In this document: positions 32,054 to 42,380 of the stretch, in pieces
Position numbering within the stretch: the first letter of the stretch is position 1
Layout: each line of letters opens with the position of its first letter
Origin: an uncultured bacterium
GTDB lineage: Bacteria > Auribacterota > Erginobacteria > Erginobacterales > Erginobacteraceae
Reading direction: 5' to 3'
Assembly (NCBI GenBank): GCA_963822585.1
Contig: CAWGIE010000035.1
Coordinates: 128,001 to 192,000, forward strand
Length of the DNA stretch: 64,000 bases
Position numbers and translations under genes: made by a program
The notes under the pieces: model-generated
Told to the model about the DNA's origin: nothing
What the model saw: only the letters and a program-made list of their open reading frames with translations
Databases searched by the model: none

Positions 32054-33275
32054 TTTCCGGCGACCCTGATTCTTGCTGAAATAACTTGTTTGCATTTTTT
32101 TGTTTGCCGGTCGCATCGAAAAGAATCGGTTCGTTGGGCCACTGGGATTGGTCAGTAGTGATGATATCTCCGGTCAGCGTGTTTAAATAGATTGGTATAT
32201 ATCGGGGATCCTCGGCGTCGATAATGAAGTACGCCCAATGTGACAACTCATCCTCTTTCGGCCGTCTCCCTGAGAGCTTCTCGATAAACTCAATGAGTCC
32301 CGGGGTGTCCCAATGCAGGCGATCTCCCAAAATTCTCATGCGCAGACCCGTTGCATTGCCGTTCTTGAAAAGATTTTCAATAAATGGATGCCGAGAAACT
32401 TTTTCAATAGCTGAGATAATCTGAAGAGGCGTCAAGGAAACTTCTACGCGCTTATCGTCTTCAATCGGGAACATTGCTCGCACGTGTACGGGATAATCAA
32501 ACTTTATCTTCGGAGTTAATTCCGCTGACCACGCCGGCCACTCAATAGGGGGGCAAATATGAATTCCCCGGCTGACCTCTATGTCTGCAACCTCAAAGTG
32601 GCGAGAAAAATCGTCCTTAAACATATTCGCATCGAACAATTCTTTCCCCTCTTTTTCCAGTTCAACTTGTTCCTCTCCAAAAATTGTCTGAAATCCCTTG
32701 GCTTCTTCATCTCTACCGCTGCTAATTATTTTGCCGGTCTTATAATCGAAGTCATAAGTGGTCTTATCGATCATGACCAGATGAAAAATCCCGTCTTGAA
32801 AACCATCCGGCTCAGTTTGGATTGCGGGTCGCCATTCATAATGACTTACCGAATACTCGAGCATATCGGGCTGCTTGATTAATTCCCGCACCTGGTATTC
32901 CATCAGGAGTGCCCCTTGATCATAGAACGCAATTGCTAAATCGGTATGCTTCTTTTTATCGCTTGCCCAAGGGCCGAATCTAATAAAATAGCGCCCGTCC
33001 TCGGAGAGAAATCCCCCGAAGGTGTACCAACCATTCGTTTGCCAGATCTCCTCGAACTTGCCGTCTTCCGTAATCTTAAAGGCAACACCAAACGCTTCCC
33101 GCTCGACGACAGACTCCCCATCCTCTTCTCGCTGCTTAGCGGGAACCATCTTGAACAGATATTTCCCTCCCGCAGAGGTTATGACCCAAGGATAAGGTGG
33201 CGCTGGTGAATCGGCTATCGCTTGGGGCTGTATAATAAGCCAGGTCACCAATGCGATAATCGTGGGGGGCTTCAT
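32019..33275 (-). CDS. Secreted hypothetical protein; stop codon lies in element B
   Basis: Signal peptide then ADSPAPP; ends NQGHTPNTKFD*. Confidence 0.7.
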   Translation of the reverse strand: MKPPTIIALVTWLIIQPQAIADSPAPPYPWVITSAGGKYLFKMVPAKQREEDGESVVEREAFGVAFKITEDGKFEEIWQTNGWYTFGGFLSEDGRYFIRFGPWASDKKKHTDLAIAFYDQGALLMEYQVRELIKQPDMLEYSVSHYEWRPAIQTEPDGFQDGIFHLVMIDKTTYDFDYKTGKIISSGRDEEAKGFQTIFGEEQVELEKEGKELFDANMFKDDFSRHFEVADIEVSRGIHICPPIEWPAWSAELTPKIKFDYPVHVRAMFPIEDDKRVEVSLTPLQIISAIEKVSRHPFIENLFKNGNATGLRMRILGDRLHWDTPGLIEFIEKLSGRRPKEDELSHWAYFIIDAEDPRYIPIYLNTLTGDIITTDQSQWPNEPILFDATGKQKNANKLFQQESGSPENQGHTPNTKFD

Positions 33276-33460
33276 CTCAGATGCGAACGATAAGCTCATT
33301 CACCTGAAAACGCGTTGTGTTTTCAGATCAGGTTATCGACTGGTTGTGCTTTGTTGCTGTTTGCTTTATCCAAAAAATCCTTAAGCGCTTTGAGGTTTTC
33401 CGGTGAATAAAGGCCGAATATTAACAAGCATTATAGCGGATTCTAATTATTGAATAAACC

Positions 33461-33500
33461 AAAAAAAAATCCCCGGGGGAAAGTTCCCCCGGGGATTCTT
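33461..33500 (-). terminator. Terminator-like hairpin
   Basis: A-run + AATCCCCGGGGGAA-AG-TTCCCCCGGGGATT; similar hairpin at 45354-45390. Confidence 0.7.
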
Positions 33501-33905
33501 GGTATCTTTCACCACCCCGTGCCAAAGTCGTACGGGGGTGTCTTTCACCGCCCCGTAGCGAAGCTGCACGGGGGTGGTTCATTATCATTAATTGGGATGT
33601 GCCCCTGATTCTTTTATTTTATCTGTTTGATAAGTCACCACTCCCGGTTTTGCCGGGATCGGTGGAGCGATGATTTATAACTATAACAAGAGGCACCCCC
33701 CGCAATATATCCCCCTCCCCCCGCGCGGAGCGTGGGGGGAGGGGTTAGGGGAGGGGGGATTTCCTTTTTAGTTTCCAGTCATGATCCCACCCCGATTGAA
33801 TCAATCGGGGTGGTGATCTTTAATCTCATTTTTTCCGTTTCTCCCCTCAGCCTCAAGAAAAATCAGGGGCAAACCGGTCCCGGAATATTCCCCAAAAACT
33901 GTTCC

Positions 33906-36278
33906 TTACCGGGTGGCCGGGATATCTCCATTCGCGCCATAGTAAACTCGGGTCACACCCCTCACCGCCCAGAGACCGGTCGTTGGACGGAATACCCCGG
34001 TATCATCAAGGGCGTTTCCAGAGAAGTCGCCGGTCAGCGGGGTGTCGGATGACATACCAAAATAGTATCGCGTCCAGCTACGGATCGCCCACAATCCCGT
34101 TGTCGGACGGTAGATCCCGATCTGGCTCCGGAACGGCCCGGAGCCATACTCTTCCCCGCCGTACCACCGGTAAATCCCCGGCACCGGACGGTCGCCGACC
34201 GCCCCATAGTAGACCCGGCTGATCCCCCGCACCGCCCAGAGACCGGTCGCCGGCCGGAAGATCGCGATATCCGAACTCCCGTCATTATCATAGTCCCCGG
34301 GAACTGGGAGATCTCCCGAAGCCCCGAAATACAACCGGGTCAGTCCTCTCACCCGCCAGGTTCCATCTTCCCCGTTGAAGATCGCCACGTCACAGCTCCC
34401 ATCGCCATCAAAGTCTCCCGGTACCGGCAGACAGTCTTCATCCCCGAAATAGAGCCGGGTCAGATCCTTTACCGCCCACAATCCCGAAGCCTCCCGGAAG
34501 ACCGAGACGTCGGTAATCCCGTCACCGTCGTAGTCCCCGCTCACCGGAACGTCCCCGGCTTGCCCATAATATATCCTCCCAAGTTTTCGGACCGCCCAGA
34601 GTCCGGAGGCCGGGCGGAAGATCGCGATATCCGAGAGTCCGTCACCGCTATAATCACCCGACGATAAGACCAGGTATGGAGGAGTCGGATAAAGACTCGG
34701 CGTCGGCATCGGCGACGGTGTCGGAATCACGCTGGGGGAGGGAGCAACGGAAGGGGTCGGAGCAGCACTGGGCGTAAGGGTAACGGAAGGAGACGGCGTA
34801 ACCGATGGCGTTGCCGTCGGCGTTGATGAAGGAGTCGGAGACGGCGTCAGGCTCGGCGTGACCATCTTCAACCTGCTCACGAAGACGTCATAATATCCTC
34901 CTCCATACTCCGCCTGGTAGGGATTTTTAGTGGGGAAATTTACGGAGCCGGTATTCCCGATGACATAAGACCCGTCAATATCCCCCACTACGATTCCACT
35001 CCCGCCATCTTCATCACTTCCCCCGAGGTAGGTGGAAAAGGAAAGGATAGAGCCGGATGAGCCGAGCTTGCTCACGAAGGCGTCATAACCTCCGCTGTTT
35101 CCCGCCTGGTAGGGATTTTCCGTGGGAAAATTTGACGATTCGGTAGTTCCGGTAACATAAGCCTCGCCGTCCGTTTCCAGTGTGATTCCCCACCCATAAT
35201 CAGTTTTACTTCCTCCGAGGTAAGTGGAGTAGGAAAGCTCGGAGCCGGATGAGCTGAGCTTGCTCACGAAGACATCAGCACTTCCGGCATGCCTGGCCTG
35301 GTAGGGATTTTTCGTGGGAAAATTTGAGGATGAGGTGTGCCCTATGACATAGGACTCGCTGTCACTCCCCACTGTGATTCCCCCCCCATAATCGGTATTA
35401 CTTCCCCCGAGGTAGGTGGAGTAGGAAAGCCCGGAGCCGGAGGAGTCGAGCTTGCTTACGAAGGCGTCTTGACTTCCCGCATAACCCGCCTGGTAAGGAT
35501 TTTTCGTGGGAAAATTTGCGGAGTAAGTATAGCCGGTGATAAAAGCTTCGTCGCCCGTTCCCAGTATAATTCCCCCCCCGTAATCATCAGCACTTCCCCC
35601 GAGGTAGGTGGAGTAGGAAAGCTCGGAGCCGGATGATGAGAGCTTGCTCACGAAGGCGTTGGTATTTCCGCCCAACCTCTCCTGGTAGGGATTTTTCGTG
35701 GGAAAATTTGAGGATTGGGTATTCCCGATAACATAAGCCTCGCCGCCCGTCCCCAGGGTGATGCCATACCCATACTCATCATCACTTCCCCCGAGGTAGG
35801 TGGAGTAGGAAAGCTCGGAGCCGGAGGATGAGAGCTTGCTCACGAGAACGTCTTGACTTCCCGCATAACCCGCCTGGTAGGGATTTTTCGTGGGAAAATT
35901 CGAGGATTGGGTATTCCCGATAACATAAGCCTCGCCGCCCGTCCCCAGTGTGATGCCATACCCATAGTCATCATCACTTCCCCCGAGGTAGGTGGAGAAG
36001 ATTAGTTTAGAGCCGGAAGAGCCGAACTTGCTCACGAAGACATCAGCACTTCCTGCGTAACCCGCCTGGTAGGGATTTTCCGTGGGAAAATTTTCTGAAA
36101 AGGTACTTCCGGCGACATAAGCCTCGCCGCCACTCCCCACTATGATTCCCTCACCGTAATCATTGCCAATCCCCCCGAGGTAAGTGGAGTAATCCAGCGT
36201 CAGTGTCTGGGCCGGAAGCGGTCTAACATATATGACAGCCAATGAAAGTCCGAATACAATAGCAACTATCCTTTTCAT
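33906..36278 (-). CDS. Secreted SBBP (beta-propeller) repeat protein with Pro/Thr linker and C-terminal FG-GAP-like repeats
   Basis: About 8 x YSTYLGGS...YV.G.T.S.NFPT.NPYQ; (TPS)n linker; GDYDGDG..D.AIFRP..GLWAVRG repeats. Confidence 0.9.
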   Translation of the reverse strand: MKRIVAIVFGLSLAVIYVRPLPAQTLTLDYSTYLGGIGNDYGEGIIVGSGGEAYVAGSTFSENFPTENPYQAGYAGSADVFVSKFGSSGSKLIFSTYLGGSDDDYGYGITLGTGGEAYVIGNTQSSNFPTKNPYQAGYAGSQDVLVSKLSSSGSELSYSTYLGGSDDEYGYGITLGTGGEAYVIGNTQSSNFPTKNPYQERLGGNTNAFVSKLSSSGSELSYSTYLGGSADDYGGGIILGTGDEAFITGYTYSANFPTKNPYQAGYAGSQDAFVSKLDSSGSGLSYSTYLGGSNTDYGGGITVGSDSESYVIGHTSSSNFPTKNPYQARHAGSADVFVSKLSSSGSELSYSTYLGGSKTDYGWGITLETDGEAYVTGTTESSNFPTENPYQAGNSGGYDAFVSKLGSSGSILSFSTYLGGSDEDGGSGIVVGDIDGSYVIGNTGSVNFPTKNPYQAEYGGGYYDVFVSRLKMVTPSLTPSPTPSSTPTATPSVTPSPSVTLTPSAAPTPSVAPSPSVIPTPSPMPTPSLYPTPPYLVLSSGDYSGDGLSDIAIFRPASGLWAVRKLGRIYYGQAGDVPVSGDYDGDGITDVSVFREASGLWAVKDLTRLYFGDEDCLPVPGDFDGDGSCDVAIFNGEDGTWRVRGLTRLYFGASGDLPVPGDYDNDGSSDIAIFRPATGLWAVRGISRVYYGAVGDRPVPGIYRWYGGEEYGSGPFRSQIGIYRPTTGLWAIRSWTRYYFGMSSDTPLTGDFSGNALDDTGVFRPTTGLWAVRGVTRVYYGANGDIPATR

Positions 36279-36326
36279 GTCGACTTCCGCCTTCAATTAC
36301 TGGAAACAAAAAACCAGCCGAAAAAA

Positions 36327-36510
36327 ATCAGGGGCAAACCTTGACGATGGACAGATAAGGATCATTTAATGGCGAAAAACCATCGGAACCGGTCCCGTAC
36401 TATTTCGCAAAACTCGCCGCACAATACTGGTGCGTTATCGGCCTCAGGCGGATGATTATGATACGGTAAGTTATTCTAGTTTCTGTCAGCAGTCAAGGTT
36501 TGCTCCAGAT
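36327..36510. repeat. Element A, full copy (184 bp)
   Basis: Both terminal inverted repeats and conserved core. Confidence 0.92.
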
Positions 36511-36517
36511 CATTTCC

Positions 36518-36937
36518 TTATAAGGCATCAGACCCATCTGTTTCGTGAAGAACAATGGGCAGATACTTCGCGTAACGAAAAAAATCCTTATTTTGGGTAA
36601 AGATAGCCAGACGCTTGCGCACGGCAACGGCGCAGATGAGAAAATCCGTATTGGATCCCTGAATTCCCTTGCTCCGGCACAAGTTGAAGAACCTGGCCGC
36701 CGTGACGTAATCCTCCGTAATGATTGGAATATCAGGAAAGGCGGCCAGATGAGTTTTAACTTTCTTGAACTGCGTCTCTTCTCGAATGCCGGAGAGTATC
36801 TCTTGTCGGATCGGCCCGATAATCTCAACGCGACGATCTGCAATCAGATCGCGGAGCTGTTGCGTTGATCCTAAGGCAGTCTGTTTGGCACGCCGTAGAG
36901 CGGCGGACCAGACACTAGTATCGACCAGCACCTTCAC
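36518..36937 (-). CDS. vapC: PIN-domain (VapC-like) toxin
   Basis: VLVDTSVW, QEILSG, DFLICAVA, FT..KDF. Confidence 0.88.
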   Translation of the reverse strand: MKVLVDTSVWSAALRRAKQTALGSTQQLRDLIADRRVEIIGPIRQEILSGIREETQFKKVKTHLAAFPDIPIITEDYVTAARFFNLCRSKGIQGSNTDFLICAVAVRKRLAIFTQNKDFFRYAKYLPIVLHETDGSDAL

Positions 36938-37134
36938 GGCTTGGCCCTTTGCTTCTTATAGTCATAACCGGGCTCGTACACCACGGTCCCGAACAGCGAT
37001 AGAATTTTATCCTGTTCGAGATGGTGGATATACTCTGTCAATGCCTGAGTTACAGCAGCCTTCTTGGTGCGATGGCTGCCAAGTTTGACCGCCTGTGCAA
37101 TGAGCTTGTCGTCAATCTGTAGGTTAGTGGCCAT
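36934..37134 (-). CDS. vapB: VapB-like antitoxin
   Basis: MATNLQIDDKLI..A...TKK.AV..AL; overlaps toxin start. Confidence 0.85.
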   Translation of the reverse strand: MATNLQIDDKLIAQAVKLGSHRTKKAAVTQALTEYIHHLEQDKILSLFGTVVYEPGYDYKKQRAKP

Positions 37135-37150
37135 TGAGATCACCTCCACA

Positions 37151-37183
37151 CATAATATCACACATTAAATTGTGTGATGTCAA
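37151..37183 (-). promoter_or_regulatory. TA promoter with overlapping palindromic operator
   Basis: TTGACA, then TCACACA-ATTTAA-TGTGTGA palindrome, then extended -10 TGATATTAT. Confidence 0.65.
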
Positions 37184-37518
37184 GAGTTCCTTTCAATAAT
37201 CAGATGGTGATCTCCGACCTTTAATCCATGCTGTTTCTTATTCAGTTGAAGGGGTGTTTAGACCCTGATTCTTTCAAGACCCCCGTCACTTTATGTGACG
37301 GGTGAATGAGTTCATCAGCTACCATAGAGTCTGAAAAAAAGTGTCTCCGGACCCACTCCCCGGCTCATTAGAACTTAATTTTGACTCAAAAATGGACATT
37401 CTAAACACAAAAATAGGGGGTAAAAATACTATAACATATTCCTCCCCAAGGCGTTGCTATGGCGAATCCAGAAATATTTGAATATAAACATATTAGTGTT
37501 GTCCGATGCCGCCCCTTG

Positions 37519-39798
37519 TTATTCCGCGGTAGTCGTAAAGAGAGTACCGGGTTCATATACGGATAGGGCGGTTCTTGGTCCCCTTCCCGCAATGCCGGCG
37601 TAAACTGCATGAGCGAGGGTGTGAGCGGGGGCAACGCGGATGGGGAAGACCGGCTCTCCATTAGGAATCGCTATCTCGACAACTTGTTCCTTCCGGGAAG
37701 TAGATACACGGCAGACCACATCTTCTGCGTCTCCGAACAACCGGGTTCGCTTGAAAATCCAATCATGAGTTTTATCGCTCCCGGTACTTTCTCTCTTTTT
37801 TTCCCCCCGGATCGGCCGATCAGTATCAAAATAGGGCCAGCTTCGGCTGGAGGCGAGATGGGTGGCGGCGCTTTTAACCATGAACTTCCCATCTTCATCG
37901 GGAGCCAGCTCAATCCTCAGGTTCTCGTTTCCCGCGTACCATCCATCGGCATCTCCGTCAATGAGCAGTTCCACCCAGTCGATCGGGCCCTTCATTTTGA
38001 TCAGGTAATAAAGATGTTCCCGGTCATACGCACTCTTGATGGTGAAATCCGTCTTTTGGGTGTGGAAATGGCCAAGAACGGGTAGAGATTCCCATTCATC
38101 CGCGGTTCCATCAACACGGATGTGAGCCTGCTTGAGCTGGGGCGTCCAGGGATAAATCGGATAGGGGTCGTCCGCGTCCCGGATTCCGTCGCCGTCGCTG
38201 TCCGGATTTTTAGCCTGGGGACAGGCGTATCCGCGCGAGTCCGGGGAAAGGGTTGCGCTGCCGCCCGATGCCAGCGCCCACATTTCGAGATACCCGGGGT
38301 TATATACTTTATCCCGGAAGGGGCTCCGGTAACTGGGGTGCCATTTCGCCGTCATGATTTTATGTAAGTCCGACATCCCGCTCCCGTCGGTGCTGAACAT
38401 CTTTGGATCGCTGCCGAACCTGACTTCATCAAGAGGGAGGAGGGGGTCATTGTCCGGAACACCGTCCCGGTCCCGGTCTTCGGTCACATAAATCTCGGCA
38501 AAAATGTTCCGAAGATACTGGGTATCGGTGAGCGCCCGCAGACTCCAGGAAATGCCGTCATAATCTCGTCCGTGGCTGTAGGCGGTATCCCACTTCCAGT
38601 GTTCTCCCAGGGGACAGGTATGTTTCGGAGCGTAATGACAGAAGATGAGGCGATCATTTTCAGCGGTCAGCCCGGAGAAACGATACTGGCTTTCCATCTG
38701 GTGATGAAATTCATGTGTGTTGAGCCAACTGATATCGGAACCGCCCAAAAAGGAACTGCGCCCGGGGATTGGGCCCAACGTACTTTTTTTCTGCAGCCAG
38801 GCAACACCCAATGTCCCCCCCCCGCTCCCTTGATAAAACCATTGTTTTTTCCCCGGGTCCCATTTTCTCACGCAGGCGACCACCGTCTGGCCGATAAAGA
38901 TGGTTTTGTCTTTCCATAACTCGGTAAGTTGATGACGTGAGATCCGGAGTGGATCAAAAACCTTGTATCTGGACTCCAATTCCGGCCAGTATTTATAGAT
39001 CCCGGTCGCCGGCCCGACTCGATACCAATCCGGTTTGACATAAAATTTCATATCGATCCAGTACCGCATCCGGGAATTAATGAAGTAGATAAGGGCACTC
39101 TGCCTGAATTCCCGTTTATAGGTTTCAATTTCATCTTCGGACATGGGATCTGGCTGTGATGCTCCCGGTATGATCGATTCGGCGTCAACGACGTTAGGAA
39201 TGATCAAGACCTTTATCGGAATTCGCAGAATTACCCTGGAACCGGGTTCGGCGGGGGTGATGAAAGCGTATTCGCGACGCCAGATACGAGGAACGGCGGA
39301 GAACGCCGTATCGATCTTCTCTTCCTGGGAATCCCTAAATTTGTAACCGGGATCGTAGACTCGATAAAAGTATTTTGTGGCCGGTCGAAGAGCCGTAAGC
39401 ATAATTGAATGGCGAAGAGTTTTTTCGTCTGACCCGTCGATTACCCGGCCCTTGGTCCATGCGTGCACGCAGCCGGGGGTGCCTGCAGGGTAGGTTCCTT
39501 CCCGCAGCTGGATCATGGTGGCGCAGGGCCGGCAGGTTTCCCAGTTGATTACCGCCGAGCTGGGACTCAAGAAGCTCACCGGTCGGGCATCCGGCGTGGA
39601 GACGCCGAATCCATTGGAGGGAGAGGGGGCGCTTCCGGATGTTGCGATGGTCGCCGGAAGCGTCAACCAGAGAATCGGGAGATAAAGTAACGAGTGTATA
39701 TTGTGTTTCACAGCGGTATATGGAGTAGTATCAATTTTCAATATTCCTTTTTTCAGCCCGATGATTGTCATAATAATGTCACTGCAATGTAAAACCAT
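37519..39798 (-). CDS. Large putative secreted protein: FN3-like N-domain, HExxH zinc motif, DxDxDG Ca-binding repeats (start uncertain)
   Basis: H...L..LRPATKYFYRV; THEFHHQME; DRDRDGVPD and DSDGDGIRD..DPYP. Confidence 0.7.
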   Translation of the reverse strand: MVLHCSDIIMTIIGLKKGILKIDTTPYTAVKHNIHSLLYLPILWLTLPATIATSGSAPSPSNGFGVSTPDARPVSFLSPSSAVINWETCRPCATMIQLREGTYPAGTPGCVHAWTKGRVIDGSDEKTLRHSIMLTALRPATKYFYRVYDPGYKFRDSQEEKIDTAFSAVPRIWRREYAFITPAEPGSRVILRIPIKVLIIPNVVDAESIIPGASQPDPMSEDEIETYKREFRQSALIYFINSRMRYWIDMKFYVKPDWYRVGPATGIYKYWPELESRYKVFDPLRISRHQLTELWKDKTIFIGQTVVACVRKWDPGKKQWFYQGSGGGTLGVAWLQKKSTLGPIPGRSSFLGGSDISWLNTHEFHHQMESQYRFSGLTAENDRLIFCHYAPKHTCPLGEHWKWDTAYSHGRDYDGISWSLRALTDTQYLRNIFAEIYVTEDRDRDGVPDNDPLLPLDEVRFGSDPKMFSTDGSGMSDLHKIMTAKWHPSYRSPFRDKVYNPGYLEMWALASGGSATLSPDSRGYACPQAKNPDSDGDGIRDADDPYPIYPWTPQLKQAHIRVDGTADEWESLPVLGHFHTQKTDFTIKSAYDREHLYYLIKMKGPIDWVELLIDGDADGWYAGNENLRIELAPDEDGKFMVKSAATHLASSRSWPYFDTDRPIRGEKKRESTGSDKTHDWIFKRTRLFGDAEDVVCRVSTSRKEQVVEIAIPNGEPVFPIRVAPAHTLAHAVYAGIAGRGPRTALSVYEPGTLFTTTAE

Positions 39799-40286
39799 TT
39801 TATCTCATACCCGTGATTGGACATGGTCTGGTTAATATTCAGGATTGAGTACGGCGGAGGCATTATGATCCGGGGGCGCCCACGATAGCTCATTGAACGA
39901 CCTTGATGAATAGGGTGAAAGGTCCCGGGATGGATGACGGATTAGTCTATTTTCTGCCAGTAGTCGAGGTTTGGCTCTGATCATTTCTCAAGCAATAAAC
40001 AAGATCTGACCCCATCTTTTTTAGTGGATGACTATTATTGAAGAATTCGTTATAATAACTGTTCTCAACGCGGCGTTGAAACTATCTCCTCAATACAATG
40101 GAAGCCCCGGAAAAAGTCAAGCGGTTGGTGGAAGTATTCGACTCCTTCAGTGGATAATTGCATGACAATAAATTCCCGAAAATTGGCAAAAAAGTCAAAT
40201 TTCCCGCATAAATGTGCCACAGCCTGCCCCGAGGCAGCGGAGCTGCTTTTCGGGGTGGCACATTTTTTTGTAAAAGGAGGTGGGCC

Positions 40287-41072
40287 ATGGAACTCTTGAT
40301 GATCGATCGGGATAAGATCAAGGTCAAGGGGTATCGCCTTCGTTTCAAAAGCGGGGAGGCGGGCATCGATGATCTGGCCGATTCGATTAAAACCCACGGG
40401 CTCCTCTGCCCGGTCGTCGTCTCCTCGAAGAATGATTACTTTCAACTGATCGCCGGGGAACGGAGGATCTCCGCGATGGATCGGCTGGGGTGGAAGAAGA
40501 TCCCCGCCGTCGACCCGGCCAGCGCGGGCGGAGCGGATATCCTGATCAAGGGTCTGGTGGAGAACATCATCCGGCTCAACCTTTCCCCCCTGGAAAAAGC
40601 GATGGCGATGCAGGAGATTATCGAAACCTACAAGTACACCCAGGAAGAGTTGGCCGCGCAGTTGGGGATCGGTCGGACGACGGCGACTCATTACCTGCGG
40701 ATGATCCATATTCTTCATCCCCAGGTGTTGAAATACGTCCATGAAGGCAGCATCACCTTCGGCCACGCCAAGGTCCTGATGAAATTACAAGATCAAGACG
40801 AACAGCTCAAGATAGCCAACCGGATCGTCACCGAAGGGCTCACCATCATGCAGACCGCGCTCCTGGTCGATCAGGCGCGCCCGGCGAGCGAACTGACCCC
40901 GGCGGAAAAGGAGTTAAACGCCATGGAGAGGGACATCAAGAGAGTGGTGGGGCCGAAGTGGTGGAAGGGCATCTCCATCCGGCAGGGCGAAAAGAAAGAA
41001 CAACTGATGGTGGATTTCACCGACCGCAAGGGCCTGAAGGAAGTTCTTCTGAAGATAGTGGAAGCGCTCTGA
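40287..41072 (+). CDS. ParB/RepB/Spo0J family protein
   Basis: LADSIK.HGLL.PVVV, LIAGERR, VENI.R.NLSPLE, TQEELA..LG HTH, GHAKVL; AGGAGG RBS. Confidence 0.9.
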   Translation: MELLMIDRDKIKVKGYRLRFKSGEAGIDDLADSIKTHGLLCPVVVSSKNDYFQLIAGERRISAMDRLGWKKIPAVDPASAGGADILIKGLVENIIRLNLSPLEKAMAMQEIIETYKYTQEELAAQLGIGRTTATHYLRMIHILHPQVLKYVHEGSITFGHAKVLMKLQDQDEQLKIANRIVTEGLTIMQTALLVDQARPASELTPAEKELNAMERDIKRVVGPKWWKGISIRQGEKKEQLMVDFTDRKGLKEVLLKIVEAL

Positions 41073-41263
41073 TCAATCCGGCATTACAAAGCTGCTTTGC
41101 CCTGCCTCGTAGCGAAGTTGCATGGGAGTGGTTGATTCAGGACAAACTTTTGACGATCGACTAAAATTTGTCCGGAAATAAAATACAGGATCAAACCTTG
41201 ACTATTGAAAGATAAAGATTATTTAACGGCCAAAAATTACTAGCACCACCGTCCCTAATTTCT

Positions 41264-41457
41264 CTATAATTCTGGAATCGGTTCGATGTGCCGGGAGATG
41301 AGCAGGCAGGAATGACCTTCTCCCGCGAATGTAATCGCCAGGGCTTTCCCTATCCCTGACTCGCCCCCGTGATGATCACGAGAGGTTTTTTGGTCATCTC
41401 TTTTTCTATGAGCTTGGTTTTCCGCTCCGCTGTCAATAGTCAAGGTTTGACCCTGAT
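41264..41457 (-). pseudogene. Element C copy 1: repeat terminus plus 5' fragment of an SDR oxidoreductase
   Basis: ATG 41397: MTKKPLVIITGASQG(I)GKALAITFAGEG, TGxxxGxG motif. Confidence 0.75.
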
Positions 41458-41567
41458 CCTTTCCAGTCACTAATCGAGGTTTGCCTCTGATCTTTCCTGT
41501 TGGACTTGGCTGACCTACTCCCCCCTTAGTCAAACTTATTAATTAGGGTGTGACCCTGTACCTTTCA

Positions 41568-41861
41568 TTATTTCCCAGCTTTTTCCCATTTATCTAATAT
41601 GGCGTCAAACCTATCGGCTTGCTTTTCCTGGCGAGTCAGGAGTTCTTCATATCTGCGATTTAAACTAACTACTATTGCTTGATTCTCCAAAGCGTTGTCT
41701 ATTAGTTCTTTTGATTTAGTCTGCATCTCAGCTTGCTTGACTTCTTCATATGGCACTTGTTTGAAGGAAGTAAGCGAATAATATATCATGGCGATCACCC
41801 CTAACATTAGGACAAGTCCATTGAATCGCCATACGAACCTGAAGAATCTGTTTTCGTCCAT
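41568..41861 (-). CDS. Small membrane-anchored coiled-coil protein
   Basis: One TM segment followed by a heptad-rich tail; flanked by repeat termini. Confidence 0.55.
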   Translation of the reverse strand: MDENRFFRFVWRFNGLVLMLGVIAMIYYSLTSFKQVPYEEVKQAEMQTKSKELIDNALENQAIVVSLNRRYEELLTRQEKQADRFDAILDKWEKAGK

Positions 41862-42009
41862 TAAGACCCCCGTATTCATGGTTTTATGGTTAAACAAAAT
41901 AATGTCAAACCTGGACTATTGACAGATGAGGATTATTTGACGGCGAAAAACCATCGGAACCGGTTACGAAAAGTCACCAGGGGTTCTCCCTGTTCAGTTC
42001 ACTTGAATC

Positions 42010-42043
42010 CACTTTCTCGCTTTCGCGCGAAAGCGAGAAAGTG
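42010..42043. repeat. Perfect 34-bp palindrome
   Basis: CACTTTCTCGCTTTCGC|GCGAAAGCGAGAAAGTG, followed by ATGTCCCC. Confidence 0.9.
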
Positions 42044-42135
42044 ATGTCCCCTTAATATTCGATTAGTTGGGTAGATTCACCCATTTCTCCTAACGGGGCA
42101 TTAGTTATGTCCAATGTCAAGACGCGACACCCCAG

Positions 42136-42278
42136 CCTTCGCCCGCGAATGTAATCGCCAGAGCTTTTACTATTCCCTGACTCGCCCCCGTGATGATCAC
42201 GAGAGGTTTTTTGGTCATCTCTTTTTTTATGAGCTTGGTTTCCCGCTCAGCTGTCAATAGTCAAGGTTTGCCCCTGAT
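42136..42278 (-). pseudogene. Element C copy 2: terminus plus shorter SDR 5' fragment
   Basis: ATG 42218: MTKKPLVIITGASQGIVKALAITFAGEG. Confidence 0.75.
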
Positions 42279-42380
42279 CCTTCATCTAGTTCCTGTCAGT
42301 AATCGAGGTTTGACCCTGAATTTTATGACCCTGAATTTTAGTAGTTATTCTATTTGCTGTCAGTAGTCGAGGTTTGACCC

